Shown here piece after piece: positions 28,569 to 38,596 of a stretch of DNA of 64,000 nt. Origin of the DNA: an uncultured Ignavibacteria bacterium (GTDB lineage Bacteria > Zixibacteria > MSB-5A5 > SM1-73); assembly GCA_964588305.1 (NCBI GenBank), contig CAZPOP010000001.1:56736-120735 (forward strand), written 5' to 3'. Position numbers and translations under genes: made by a program. Under the pieces are notes generated by a model. The model was not told where the DNA came from and ran no database searches. It was given only the letters and a program-made list of their open reading frames with translations. Within the stretch, counting starts at the first letter, position 1. Each line of letters starts with the position of its first letter.

Positions 28569-30122
28569 TTACTTGTTCTTTGCGATTCCGTATAGCTCCG
28601 TTATATCCATGTCTTCATCGGCCGAAAAAACCTTGAATCTTTCGGCGGGCAACTTCTCGTCCTTGATCAGTTCTATATCTAACTTCAACTCCTTGTGCAA
28701 CGTCTGAATACGATTCGCCTTGCGACTGGCTAAGATCTCGCCCAGCTCCGGGTTGACATAGAGTTTATATCTCTTGGACTTCGAGCCGACCTTTGCCCTC
28801 TTGAACCACCTTTCGATTTTCATGCACACCGTCTCTTTGGACACCACCCGGCCGATGCCCTGACAACACGGACATCTTTCGCTCAGGGTGTACAATATGG
28901 AGGGTCTGATCCTCTGCCGGGTCATCTCGATCAATCCGAAATCAGAGATGGGGAGGATGCTGTTTTTGGATCTATCATTTCTGAAAGCGTGTCTAAATTC
29001 GTCAAAGACCTTTTTTCGGTTCTCCGCGGACTCCATGTCTATGAAATCCACGACGATCAGACCCCCGATATCCCTTAACCTGATCTGGCGAGCGATCTCC
29101 TTGACTGCTTCCATATTGGTTTTGAGCACGGTGGACTCCTGGGTGGTTTTTCCCACAAATCGGCCGGTGTTCACGTCGATGGTGACCATGGCCTCGGTCT
29201 GGTCGATGACGAAGTAGGCTCCTTTTTTTATCCATACTTTTCTCTCCAGCATCTTTTCGATCTCCGGCTCGATGTTGTAGGCATCGAAGATGGGAACCTT
29301 GCCTTCATATAGTTTCACCTTGAAACGCAGACTCCGGGCGACGGACTTAAGATAAGAGAGGATGGTTTTGCATTCCTTCTTGGAGTCCACTATTACCGTG
29401 TTCACCTCGGGAGTGAGAATGTCTCGCATTATGCTGGAGACCATCCCAATATCCTTATGAAGCAAGGCCGGAGGCTTTTTCTTCTCGGCTTGTTTTTTTA
29501 TCTTTTTCCAGAGCCCGACCAAATTCTTGATATCCGATTTGAGTTCCTTTTTCTCCTTTTTTTCGGCCACGGTGCGAACGATGCATCCAAATCCATCCGG
29601 CAGAAGCTCATAGGCGAGTCTTTTCAGCCTTCTCTTCTCTGTCCAGTTGGATATCTTTCGGGAAACCCCCACATGATCCTCGCCGGGAACCAAGACCACG
29701 TATCTTCCCGGGAGGGAAAGCTGGGTGGTCACCCGGGATCCTTTTGTGCCGATGGGCTCTTTGGTAACCTGCACAAAGATCTTCTGCCCCTGCTTCAGGA
29801 CCTCCTGGATACTCTGGGGAGTTGCTTTTTGTCTTTCTCTCCCTTCCTCCTCCTCCAAGAGTTCAGCCTCATAGAGAAGATCAAGCTGGCTTTTGAAATC
29901 TCCGATGTCCGAGAAATGGAGAAAGGCGCTTTTGTCCAATCCGATATCGACGAAGGCGGCCTGCATCCCCGGGAGAACCGCCTTGACCACGCCATGATAG
30001 ATGTCCCCCACCATTCTTTCCTTTTCCGGACGTTCCACCAAAAGCTCCACCAGCTTCAAATCCTCCAATATGGCCAGGCGGGTTTCATATTCGGAGACGT
30101 TGATGATTATGTCCTTCTGCAA
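28569..30122 (-). CDS. rng: Ribonuclease E/G family protein (RNase G-like)
   Basis: N-terminal S1 domain followed by the RNase E/G catalytic core. 517 aa. Confidence 0.8.
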   Translation of the reverse strand: MQKDIIINVSEYETRLAILEDLKLVELLVERPEKERMVGDIYHGVVKAVLPGMQAAFVDIGLDKSAFLHFSDIGDFKSQLDLLYEAELLEEEEGRERQKATPQSIQEVLKQGQKIFVQVTKEPIGTKGSRVTTQLSLPGRYVVLVPGEDHVGVSRKISNWTEKRRLKRLAYELLPDGFGCIVRTVAEKKEKKELKSDIKNLVGLWKKIKKQAEKKKPPALLHKDIGMVSSIMRDILTPEVNTVIVDSKKECKTILSYLKSVARSLRFKVKLYEGKVPIFDAYNIEPEIEKMLERKVWIKKGAYFVIDQTEAMVTIDVNTGRFVGKTTQESTVLKTNMEAVKEIARQIRLRDIGGLIVVDFIDMESAENRKKVFDEFRHAFRNDRSKNSILPISDFGLIEMTRQRIRPSILYTLSERCPCCQGIGRVVSKETVCMKIERWFKRAKVGSKSKRYKLYVNPELGEILASRKANRIQTLHKELKLDIELIKDEKLPAERFKVFSADEDMDITELYGIAKNK

Positions 30123-30922
30123 CTTTTTTCTCCTTTCACTCTTTCCCAGAGGCGGGGTGAACTGCCATCGAGGACGAAGCCGATTGCTTGTTCCAATTCC
30201 TCAAAATCAACCTCAGTGTTCACACAGGGGCCGTGCGGTCTCTGATTCAGAATGCCGTAGACCGGAATGGGATAAGCGTCCTGGATCCCTGATGATAAGT
30301 CCCTTTCGCAGGCAACTGCCACGATTACCGTGGGATTCTCATCCACGATCACCTTGCGGGCCAGAGTTCCGCCGGTGGCAATGGAGACGGAGGCACCGCA
30401 CCTATCCCCCAACTGGAGGATCTCTCCGATCTTACACCGTCCGCATCTGTGACAATTGTCTATACTTGCAGTCACCCGGTAAGGACAATCGTAATTCTGT
30501 AAACACTGAGGAAGAAGAATCAGAAGCCGGTCTTTGGCTATCCTCTTCCGAGTCGCCTTGAAAAGCGAGTTGTTTACCGCAATGAACGACTTGCGAATCT
30601 GGTCTTTTGAGAGTCCAAAGATTTTTCCTAAGATGATGTTGATGGGAAAAAGGATCTTCAGGGTGATCTGTTTCTCCCCATGGGGGAACAGAAAATCCTT
30701 TTCCAAAGCCGAGGACAAGACGATTAGAAACAGTCCTCCGGAGACGGTGATCAAAAACAGGAAAATCGTCACCTTTGCCACCAGACTTAGAAAAGGACTG
30801 ATGGCAATGAGCCGGGGGGAGATCAGATACCAGAGAAGAAATACCAGAAGTATCAAAACCATCTGGCTCAAAATGGACAGGAGCAGAAACTCCCATTTCT
30901 TTCTGGTCAAAGACTTTTCCAT
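30107..30922 (-). CDS. DUF116-like membrane protein with Cys cluster
   Basis: N-terminal TM segments. LLPQCLQNYDCPY...CHRCGRCKIG Cys motifs. Overlaps the rng start by 16 nt. Confidence 0.5.
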   Translation of the reverse strand: MEKSLTRKKWEFLLLSILSQMVLILLVFLLWYLISPRLIAISPFLSLVAKVTIFLFLITVSGGLFLIVLSSALEKDFLFPHGEKQITLKILFPINIILGKIFGLSKDQIRKSFIAVNNSLFKATRKRIAKDRLLILLPQCLQNYDCPYRVTASIDNCHRCGRCKIGEILQLGDRCGASVSIATGGTLARKVIVDENPTVIVAVACERDLSSGIQDAYPIPVYGILNQRPHGPCVNTEVDFEELEQAIGFVLDGSSPRLWERVKGEKSCRRT

Positions 30923-31058
30923 CGCGTTTTTGCCTCTATCTTATCTTCTCGCCGGACCAGTGCCGGAACAACCTTATTTGGCGTCCGGGCAGCATTCATG
31001 GTAAGGAAATTAACCTCAGAGGATTCCGGGGCCGTGTCGGAACGATTAACAAAGATGT

Positions 31059-31991
31059 CTACCCCAACTTTTCTCCCACGCTGATTCTGTATCCCCGAAC
31101 GAATTCTTCCGCCGACATCTCTCTCTTGCCCTCGGGCTGCAGCTCCAGGATGTTCAAAATCCCCTTTTTGGTCTTTACCCATATTTTCTCTTTGCCATCC
31201 GCCGACACCACTTCGCCGAATCCATCGGAAAAAGGGGTTTCACCGACAACCTCGGCTTTGCGAATCTTCAGGATTTTCCCTCGGTAGAAAGTGAAGGCGG
31301 CCGGCACGGGCGAAAGTCCTCTGATCTGATTCTTGATTGGAATCGCCTCGTTCGACCAGTCAATCCGGCAATGCTCCCGGGTGATCTTCGGAGCCGGGGT
31401 AGCTGAGGTATGATCCTGTTTTATGGGTTTCGCTTCACCCTTTTCAATTAGATCCACCGTCTCCAGCAGAAGATCCGCGCCCAAGCTTGCCATCCTATCG
31501 TGGAGTTCCCCAAAATTCTCCTCCGGCAGAATATCCACCTCTTTTTGCAGAAGCAGATCACCGGTATCCACCTTTTTTTGGATGTAGAAAGTGGTCAATC
31601 CGGTCTTGGTCTCCCCATTTATCAAGGCCCAATTGATGGGAGCAGCACCCCTGTATTTAGGCAGAAGAGAGGCATGAAGATTTACCGTCCCCAACCGGGG
31701 CAGAGAAAGAATCCTCTCCGGCAGGATACGAAAGGCTACCACTACAGAAAGATCAGGATATAGTTCCTTCAAAGAGTGGAAAAAACCGTCAGATTTCAGA
31801 TTCTGCGGAGTCAGAATTTTCAGATTATGCTCTTTGGAGAATCTTTTTACCGAAGATTCCGAAAGCACCAAACCTCTCCCCTTGGGCTTATCCGGGCCGG
31901 TTACCACTCCCACCACTTCACACTTGCTGTTTACCAGTCTCTCCAAACTGGGAATGGCAAAATCGGGAGTCCCCATGAATACGACTTTCAT
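31059..31991 (-). CDS. fmt: Methionyl-tRNA formyltransferase
   Basis: MKVVFMGTPDFA...NLHASLLPKYRGAAPI. Confidence 0.9.
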   Translation of the reverse strand: MKVVFMGTPDFAIPSLERLVNSKCEVVGVVTGPDKPKGRGLVLSESSVKRFSKEHNLKILTPQNLKSDGFFHSLKELYPDLSVVVAFRILPERILSLPRLGTVNLHASLLPKYRGAAPINWALINGETKTGLTTFYIQKKVDTGDLLLQKEVDILPEENFGELHDRMASLGADLLLETVDLIEKGEAKPIKQDHTSATPAPKITREHCRIDWSNEAIPIKNQIRGLSPVPAAFTFYRGKILKIRKAEVVGETPFSDGFGEVVSADGKEKIWVKTKKGILNILELQPEGKREMSAEEFVRGYRISVGEKLG

Positions 31992-32011
31992 GGATTCGTA
32001 ACGAATTGAGA

Positions 32012-32524
32012 TTATCGGTTAGATAGTTTCTTCAGTTTCTTGGCCAGGAGCCGCCGCCTTATGGAGCTCAGGCGATCAACGAACAAAAGACCATTCAGAT
32101 GATCGATCTCATGTAGCAGGACACGGCTCAGAAAACCCTTCCCCTGGATTTCGATCTCTTTTTCATCCAAGTTTACACCTTTGACTAACACTTCCAACCG
32201 GCGGGTCACGTCGGCATAGGTGCCGGGAAGGGAGAGACATCCCTCCTCGGAAGTCTGTTCTCCATGCGATTCCACCAACACAGGGTTGACTACGATCAGA
32301 GGAGAGTCCTGCCCGGGGCGGGCGGAAAAGAACGAACGGTCGATCACGAAAAGCATCTTCTCTTCCCCAACCTGATTGGCCGCCAGTCCGATTCCTCCTG
32401 CTTCCTTCAGAGTTTTCAGCATATCGAAGGCCAGTTTCCGTGTATCTTCATCAACCCGGGTGATCTTTTTGGCTCGTTTTCTTAAGACCGCATCGCCGTA
32501 TATTTTGATGGGCAAAATGGCCAT
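32012..32524 (-). CDS. def: Peptide deformylase
   Basis: GIGLAANQVG, EGCLS, HEIDHLNG motifs. Confidence 0.9.
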   Translation of the reverse strand: MAILPIKIYGDAVLRKRAKKITRVDEDTRKLAFDMLKTLKEAGGIGLAANQVGEEKMLFVIDRSFFSARPGQDSPLIVVNPVLVESHGEQTSEEGCLSLPGTYADVTRRLEVLVKGVNLDEKEIEIQGKGFLSRVLLHEIDHLNGLLFVDRLSSIRRRLLAKKLKKLSNR

Positions 32525-32610
32525 TTAGTAACCTTTTGTTATCTTCAGAACGAACTCGTAACCTTTTGTTTCTTATGCGGACCAAACTCTGCCGCTACAC
32601 GTAACGAGCT

Positions 32611-32931
32611 CTACTCTTCTGTTCCTACTCGACCTGCAACAGAACTTTTCAGGAATTCTATCTTCACGTTGTCCGCCACCTTCAAGACTACCGTATTATC
32701 CTTCTCATTCATTCCCACGATGGTCCCGAACATGCCGCTGTTGGTGACCACCTTATCTCCCTTCCTTAAGGTGGACAGCATCCCTTTTTGCTCCTTTTGC
32801 CTTTTCTGCTGGGGCCTTATAAGGAGAAAATAAAGTATTACTATCATGGCAATGAAGGGCAAAAACGCTGCTATTCCTCCTCCTTGCCCTCCACCACCCT
32901 GAGTGCCCATAGCATAGGCTGTCTCGATCAT
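32611..32931 (-). CDS. yajC: Preprotein translocase subunit YajC
   Basis: Single TM followed by LRKGDKVVTNSGMFGTIVG. Confidence 0.8.
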   Translation of the reverse strand: MIETAYAMGTQGGGGQGGGIAAFLPFIAMIVILYFLLIRPQQKRQKEQKGMLSTLRKGDKVVTNSGMFGTIVGMNEKDNTVVLKVADNVKIEFLKSSVAGRVGTEE

Positions 32932-33149
32932 GACTCCTCCGAAAATTAGAAATTCAAAAAGAAAAATTCGAAAATTCCATCAAAAGATAAAAATCGTTGT
33001 TTAAGCAATGTTCTTTTCAAAATACCAAGTACCAACAGACGTTTTGCGCTTCTTCACAAACCAGGTGTAGGCACGCATATGGGTGCCAGACCAGGTCATG
33101 AAGTCGTAGCTTCTATAAATATTAATCTTCAATTTTGAATTGCAATTTT

Positions 33150-33224
33150 GCACTTCGTGCTGCCCTTCGGTTCCGCATTTCGTCCTGCCCTTCGGTCCCG
33201 CATTTCGTCCTGCCCTTCGGTCCC
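33150..33224. repeat. Three tandem copies of a 25-nt unit (GCATTTCGTCCTGCCCTTCGGTCCC)
   Basis: Direct tandem repeats in the tgt-yajC intergenic region. The first copy is slightly diverged. Confidence 0.85.
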
Positions 33225-33225
33225 G

Positions 33226-33299
33226 AGACCTCAGGGTCGAGGGAAGACTCAATGTCGAAGGAAGACCTCAGGGTCGAGGGAAGACTCAGTGTCGAAGGA
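33226..33299. repeat. Two tandem copies of a 37-nt unit (AGACCTCAGGGTCGAGGGAAGACTCARTGTCGAAGGA)
   Basis: Immediately follows the 25-nt array. One A/G difference between copies. Confidence 0.85.
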
Positions 33300-33324
33300 C
33301 ATTTTGCTTTTTCAGTTTTCAATT

Positions 33325-34536
<1,212 letters not shown>

Positions 34537-34584
34537 TCAAGGCGAGTCTCCGGTCGTTAGAAACCCCTTGAACTCTCGAAAGAT

Positions 34585-34671
34585 GTCATTCTGATCCCGC
34601 CGAGGCGGGAGAAGAATCTAAAACTTATGACATATTTAATTCATTAGATTCTTCACTTCGTTCAGAATGAC
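34585..34671. repeat. MITE/BIME-like element: GTCATTCTGA...GAAGAATCT unit and its inverted copy
   Basis: Left unit carries an inserted GC hairpin CCCGCCgagGCGGG. Right unit is AGATTCTTCacttcgTTCAGAATGAC. Lies in the tgt-downstream intergenic region. Confidence 0.65.
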
Positions 34672-34771
34672 AGAAGTGATATTTTCATCGTTGTAGCGTC
34701 CCGCCTTTGGCGGGATTACCCGCCACATCTCTGGGTTCGGGGTGAGGGCACCCCGAAACAACGGTAGCTAT

Positions 34772-35353
34772 TTAAATCCTTCCCTCGGTATATCCATACG
34801 CTCCCAAAGGACGAGACAATCCCCAATACTGTTGAGCCTTGGTGCAGTATGCCACCGGCTTCAATTTGGCAATGTCGGGACTACCTTTGCCGTCCAGATA
34901 CTCTGAATCTATGTGTGTGGCCAAAATCTCCCCGACGAAAAGATCGTGAGATCCCAAACTGGTGATGGTTCTGACCGCGCACTCAAGATTAATCGGGCAC
35001 TGGTCAATCAACGGCGCGTCCACCCTTGTTCCCTTGACTGGAGTCAGTTTTGTCTCCTTGAATTTGTCCACGCTCTTTCCCGATTTTATCCCGCAATAAT
35101 CGGTTTGCGGAAGCAACTTCTCGGTTATGACGTTGACCACGAACTCCTTTGACTCGGAGATGATGCCGTGCGAAAATCGTCCCTTTCTTATGGCTATGGT
35201 TATCATGGGCGGCTCGGAACATGCTATGCCCGACCAGGCGATGGTGATGATATTCGGCTTTTGGCCTTTCCTCTGACAGCTCACCATCACCACCGGCATG
35301 GGAATCAACATGGTCTGAGGTTCCAGTAGTTTTTTGGGCATCCCCTTCTCCAA
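34772..35353 (-). CDS. Flavin reductase-like (FMN-binding split barrel) family protein
   Basis: LIPMPVVMVSC...NIITIAWSG is the typical flavin_reduct N-terminus. Confidence 0.7.
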   Translation of the reverse strand: MEKGMPKKLLEPQTMLIPMPVVMVSCQRKGQKPNIITIAWSGIACSEPPMITIAIRKGRFSHGIISESKEFVVNVITEKLLPQTDYCGIKSGKSVDKFKETKLTPVKGTRVDAPLIDQCPINLECAVRTITSLGSHDLFVGEILATHIDSEYLDGKGSPDIAKLKPVAYCTKAQQYWGLSRPLGAYGYTEGRI

Positions 35354-35432
35354 GATTATTTGTCAATCGTGCAGTTCATTCCTCCTCAAGCTCGTCTTGT
35401 TTAACTGAGGTAACTTGAGAAGAAATAACAAC

Positions 35433-35472
35433 GTCAAGCAGTCCCCCGCCTCTGGCGGGAGACATGCTTGAC
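35433..35472. repeat. Hairpin element GTCAAGCA...TGCTTGAC carrying an internal CCCGCCtctGGCGGG hairpin
   Basis: 8-bp outer stem plus 6-bp GC inner stem. The same inner hairpin occurs in the GTCATTCTGA family. Confidence 0.6.
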
Positions 35473-35582
35473 CTGTGGTAACCGGTCAAGCTTCCGATCT
35501 CGACCAAAAGGAATTTCGAAAATCCCAATTCTTTTTAACCTCATCTGTTACAAAGGCTGAAACCCTAGTTCCACCACTGACA

Positions 35583-35882
35583 CTACATCTCCACCACTTC
35601 CTCGCCGCTGAAGGTATCCACCTGGCTCAAAAGCTCGGTTAGTCTGTTTCTGATGGCTTCCTTTGTTTTGCCGATCACCTCTTCTGCCTCTTCGGGAGCC
35701 TGACACTTGAGGGAGATGTTTATCTCGTCGAGCCTTCTGGTTCCAAGACCGTCGGAGGAGAAGTCCACAAAGGGCATCCCGAACTTCTCGATTTTTTGGG
35801 TTTCCTCTTCGTTGAAATCTACATTCTCAAAAGAGATGTGATATTCACCGGCCCTCAACAGCTTTGTTACTTTCAACCTCAT
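35583..35882 (-). CDS. Hypothetical protein (99 aa)
   Basis: ORF only. No recognisable motif. Confidence 0.3.
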   Translation of the reverse strand: MRLKVTKLLRAGEYHISFENVDFNEEETQKIEKFGMPFVDFSSDGLGTRRLDEINISLKCQAPEEAEEVIGKTKEAIRNRLTELLSQVDTFSGEEVVEM

Positions 35883-35979
35883 CTTTCCTCCTTTCAGCTA
35901 GATGCTGAGCAAGCGTTTCCTTTGAAGCTGCATCACGATGCCGTTATCCTGATGCGCAAATGCAACCACGGTGTCGGGA

Positions 35980-37371
35980 TCACGAAATCCCCGTACACCT
36001 AAATGCCTCCCTTACCGTCTTCACCCCGGCCAGCTTGATGTCGAATCGTTGATTCAAGGATTTCAGGTTACCTTGCGGGATGATACAGTTCTCAAAACCC
36101 AATTTTTCCGCCTCCTTTATCCTCCTTTCCATCTGGTTTACCGCACGCACCTCCCCTCCCAATCCCACTTCTCCGATTATAGCAGATTTATTATCTGCCG
36201 GGACGTCTTTGAAACTGGAGGCGATTGCCACCATAGTCCCCAAATCCACCGCTGGTTCCTCGGTCCTGACCCCCCCCGCCACGTTGACGAATACGTCGAA
36301 TGCTCCCAGGCCTATGTCCGCCCTCTTCTCCAGAATGGCCAAAAGCAAAGCCAATCTCTTGTAATCGATTCCCGAGCATACCCTCTGGGGCATGCCATAA
36401 CTGGAGGGAGAGACCAAAGCCTGCAATTCCAGAAGCAGAGGTCTGGTTCCCTCCAGAGTACATACCACCACAGAGCCGGAGATGTTCCTGGCCCTTTCGG
36501 AGAGGAACAAAAGCGAAGGATTCTCCACCTGACGAAGTCCCTTCTCCTGCATCTGAAATATACCGATTTCATTGGTGGAACCAAAACGATTCTTGACCGT
36601 TCTCAAAATTCGATAGATATGATTTTTTTCGCCTTCAAAATAGAGAACCGTATCCACCATGTGTTCTAATACTTTCGGCCCGGCGATGGAACCATCCTTG
36701 GTCACGTGCCCGACCAGAAACACCGAACTGCCGGTCTCCTTGGCGAAATTAATAAGACTGTGTGCGCATTCCCTGATCTGGCTTACGCTTCCCGGAGTGC
36801 TTTCCAGGTTTTGAGTGTAAGTAGTCTGGATCGAATCGATCACCACGATGAAGGGAACCTCCTGCTTTAAGACCTCCAGGATCAAATCAAGATTGGTTTC
36901 GGTCAAAATCTCGATTTTATCCGGGAGGATTCCTAGCCTTTCCGCCCGGAGTTTAATCTGCTTCAAAGACTCCTCTCCGGTAATATACAACACTTTGCCA
37001 CAATTCGAAGCATAAACCTTGTGGTTCATATCGGAGGTGATCTTTTCTGATATTTGCAGAAGCAGAGTCGATTTGCCGATCCCCGGATCTCCACCTACCA
37101 GAACCACTGATCCCCTGACGATCCCGCCTCCCACCACCCGGTCGAACTCCTTTAGACCAGTTTTGATTCTGTCTTCATCCCGAACGTCCACCTCGCCCAA
37201 GGGAATGGGAGCGATTTTTCGCCTTGCACCCGCTCTCTTGTGCCCCCTGACCCGCTCCTCGATCATGCTGTTCCAGGTACCGCAATCCGGACATTTCCCC
37301 ACCCAGCGCAGGGAGTGATGGCCGCAGCTCTGGCAGATATAAACTGTTTTGACTTTATTTGGGTTAAGCAT
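35980..37371 (-). CDS. radA: DNA repair protein RadA/Sms
   Basis: N-terminal C4 zinc finger (CQSCGHH...CPDCGTW), Walker A GDPGIGKST, Lon-like C-domain. Confidence 0.9.
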   Translation of the reverse strand: MLNPNKVKTVYICQSCGHHSLRWVGKCPDCGTWNSMIEERVRGHKRAGARRKIAPIPLGEVDVRDEDRIKTGLKEFDRVVGGGIVRGSVVLVGGDPGIGKSTLLLQISEKITSDMNHKVYASNCGKVLYITGEESLKQIKLRAERLGILPDKIEILTETNLDLILEVLKQEVPFIVVIDSIQTTYTQNLESTPGSVSQIRECAHSLINFAKETGSSVFLVGHVTKDGSIAGPKVLEHMVDTVLYFEGEKNHIYRILRTVKNRFGSTNEIGIFQMQEKGLRQVENPSLLFLSERARNISGSVVVCTLEGTRPLLLELQALVSPSSYGMPQRVCSGIDYKRLALLLAILEKRADIGLGAFDVFVNVAGGVRTEEPAVDLGTMVAIASSFKDVPADNKSAIIGEVGLGGEVRAVNQMERRIKEAEKLGFENCIIPQGNLKSLNQRFDIKLAGVKTVREAFRCTGIS

Positions 37372-37380
37372 AGGTCTTTT

Positions 37381-37415
37381 TTGTCCGTTGTCCGCCGTCC
37401 GCAGTCCGCCGTCTG
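37381..37415. repeat. Left inverted repeat flanking the four-helix-bundle gene
   Basis: TTGTCCGTTGTCCGCCGTCCGCAGTCCGCCGTCTG. Its partner lies at 37799..37828. Confidence 0.6.
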
Positions 37416-37422
37416 GCAGAAT

Positions 37423-37776
37423 CTACTTAAGCTTCTTCCTGAGTGCCTGCAACTTGGCGAACATTTTCTCACCGAAAACATAAGCGTCGTTAAAAACTCT
37501 CTCCTCAACATATTTCCTTCGCTTTGCCAGATGCAAACAACCGATAACCTCTATCAGAGACCTAATGGCGATGCCGATAAAGCGGTGAAACTCCATATTT
37601 GATTGACTGGTGGAACCTTCCGCGATATTTAAGGAACTAGAAGTGGCGGCTCTTAGCATTTGAGACGTTAAGTTATACTGCTCTTTTGCAGGTAATTTCT
37701 TGCTGATTTCGTATACCTTATCCGAATACTCTAGTGACAACTGCCACACTTCCAATTTTTCGAATTTAAAAGCCAC
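37423..37776 (-). CDS. Four-helix-bundle protein (23S rRNA intervening-sequence protein family)
   Basis: LEVWQ...A...NIAEG is the signature of the TIGR02436-type family. GTG start. Confidence 0.75.
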   Translation of the reverse strand: MAFKFEKLEVWQLSLEYSDKVYEISKKLPAKEQYNLTSQMLRAATSSSLNIAEGSTSQSNMEFHRFIGIAIRSLIEVIGCLHLAKRRKYVEERVFNDAYVFGEKMFAKLQALRKKLK

Positions 37777-37798
37777 GTCGATTCTCTTATCAGTCTTA

Positions 37799-37828
37799 CT
37801 GCGGACGGCCGACGGCGGACAACCGACG
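37799..37828. repeat. Right inverted repeat flanking the four-helix-bundle gene
   Basis: CTGCGGACGGCCGACGGCGGACAACCGACG. Its reverse complement shares GTTGTCCGCCGTC and CGTCCGCAG with the left copy. Confidence 0.6.
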
Positions 37829-37831
37829 TCT

Positions 37832-38578
37832 TCAGACTGCCGTTATAGGTCCCTGCCCGCTTCCTTCGATGAACTGCTTGACCACAGGATGATCGGTATC
37901 TTTCGTCTCATCCGGCGTTCCCACAAAGATGATCTTTCCTTCATATAGCATGGCGATGCGATCGGCTATTTTGTAAGCTGAGGTCATGTCGTGGGTGACG
38001 GCGATGGAAGTGATGGAGAGCGCATCTCGGCAGCTGACGATGAGCTCGTTTATCACGTCTGCCATGATCGGGTCCACGCCGGTGGTGGGCTCGTCGTAGA
38101 GAACGTACTCCGGATCCATGGCGATAGCTCGGGCCAGCCCCACCCTCTTTCTCATACCTCCTGAAAGCTCGGCCGGCTTTTTCTCTTCGATCCCGGAGAG
38201 CCCCACCAACTTCAAAGTCTTGGTGACTTTCTCTTTTATTTCCACTTCCGGCATTTTGGTGTGTTCCCTTAGGCCCAATCCCACGTTTTCATCCACGGTC
38301 ATGGAATCGAACAGGGCCGAGCCTTGAAAAAGCATTCCGAATTTCTGCCTCATTTGGTTCAATTGCCCATCGTTATACGCAGTTATATCTTCGCCGTCCA
38401 CCAGAACCTGTCCCCGGTCGGGTTTTAGAAGTCCAATGATGTGTTTCAGAAGGACGCTTTTCCCACAGCCACTTCTTCCTATGATCACCGTGGTTTCGCC
38501 CTTTTGGATATCCAAATCCACGCCTCGCAACACCTGATTCTCTCCGAAGTCCTTGTGTACGTCCTTGATTTCTATCAT
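37832..38578 (-). CDS. mlaF: ABC transporter ATP-binding protein, MlaF/Ttg2A-like
   Basis: GRSGCGKS Walker [15 protein letters not shown] signature, about 248 aa. The matching MlaE permease lies 3.8 kb upstream. Confidence 0.7.
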   Translation of the reverse strand: MIEIKDVHKDFGENQVLRGVDLDIQKGETTVIIGRSGCGKSVLLKHIIGLLKPDRGQVLVDGEDITAYNDGQLNQMRQKFGMLFQGSALFDSMTVDENVGLGLREHTKMPEVEIKEKVTKTLKLVGLSGIEEKKPAELSGGMRKRVGLARAIAMDPEYVLYDEPTTGVDPIMADVINELIVSCRDALSITSIAVTHDMTSAYKIADRIAMLYEGKIIFVGTPDETKDTDHPVVKQFIEGSGQGPITAV

Positions 38579-38596
38579 GCTCTTTTTCTAAAACTT

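Noticed and set aside
34736-34757. Hairpin TTCGGGGTGagggCACCCCGAA just after the flavin reductase stop, as an intrinsic terminator
   Set aside because: On the transcribed (minus) strand it is followed by CCCAGAGATG, not a U-tract. Kept only as an unexplained hairpin.
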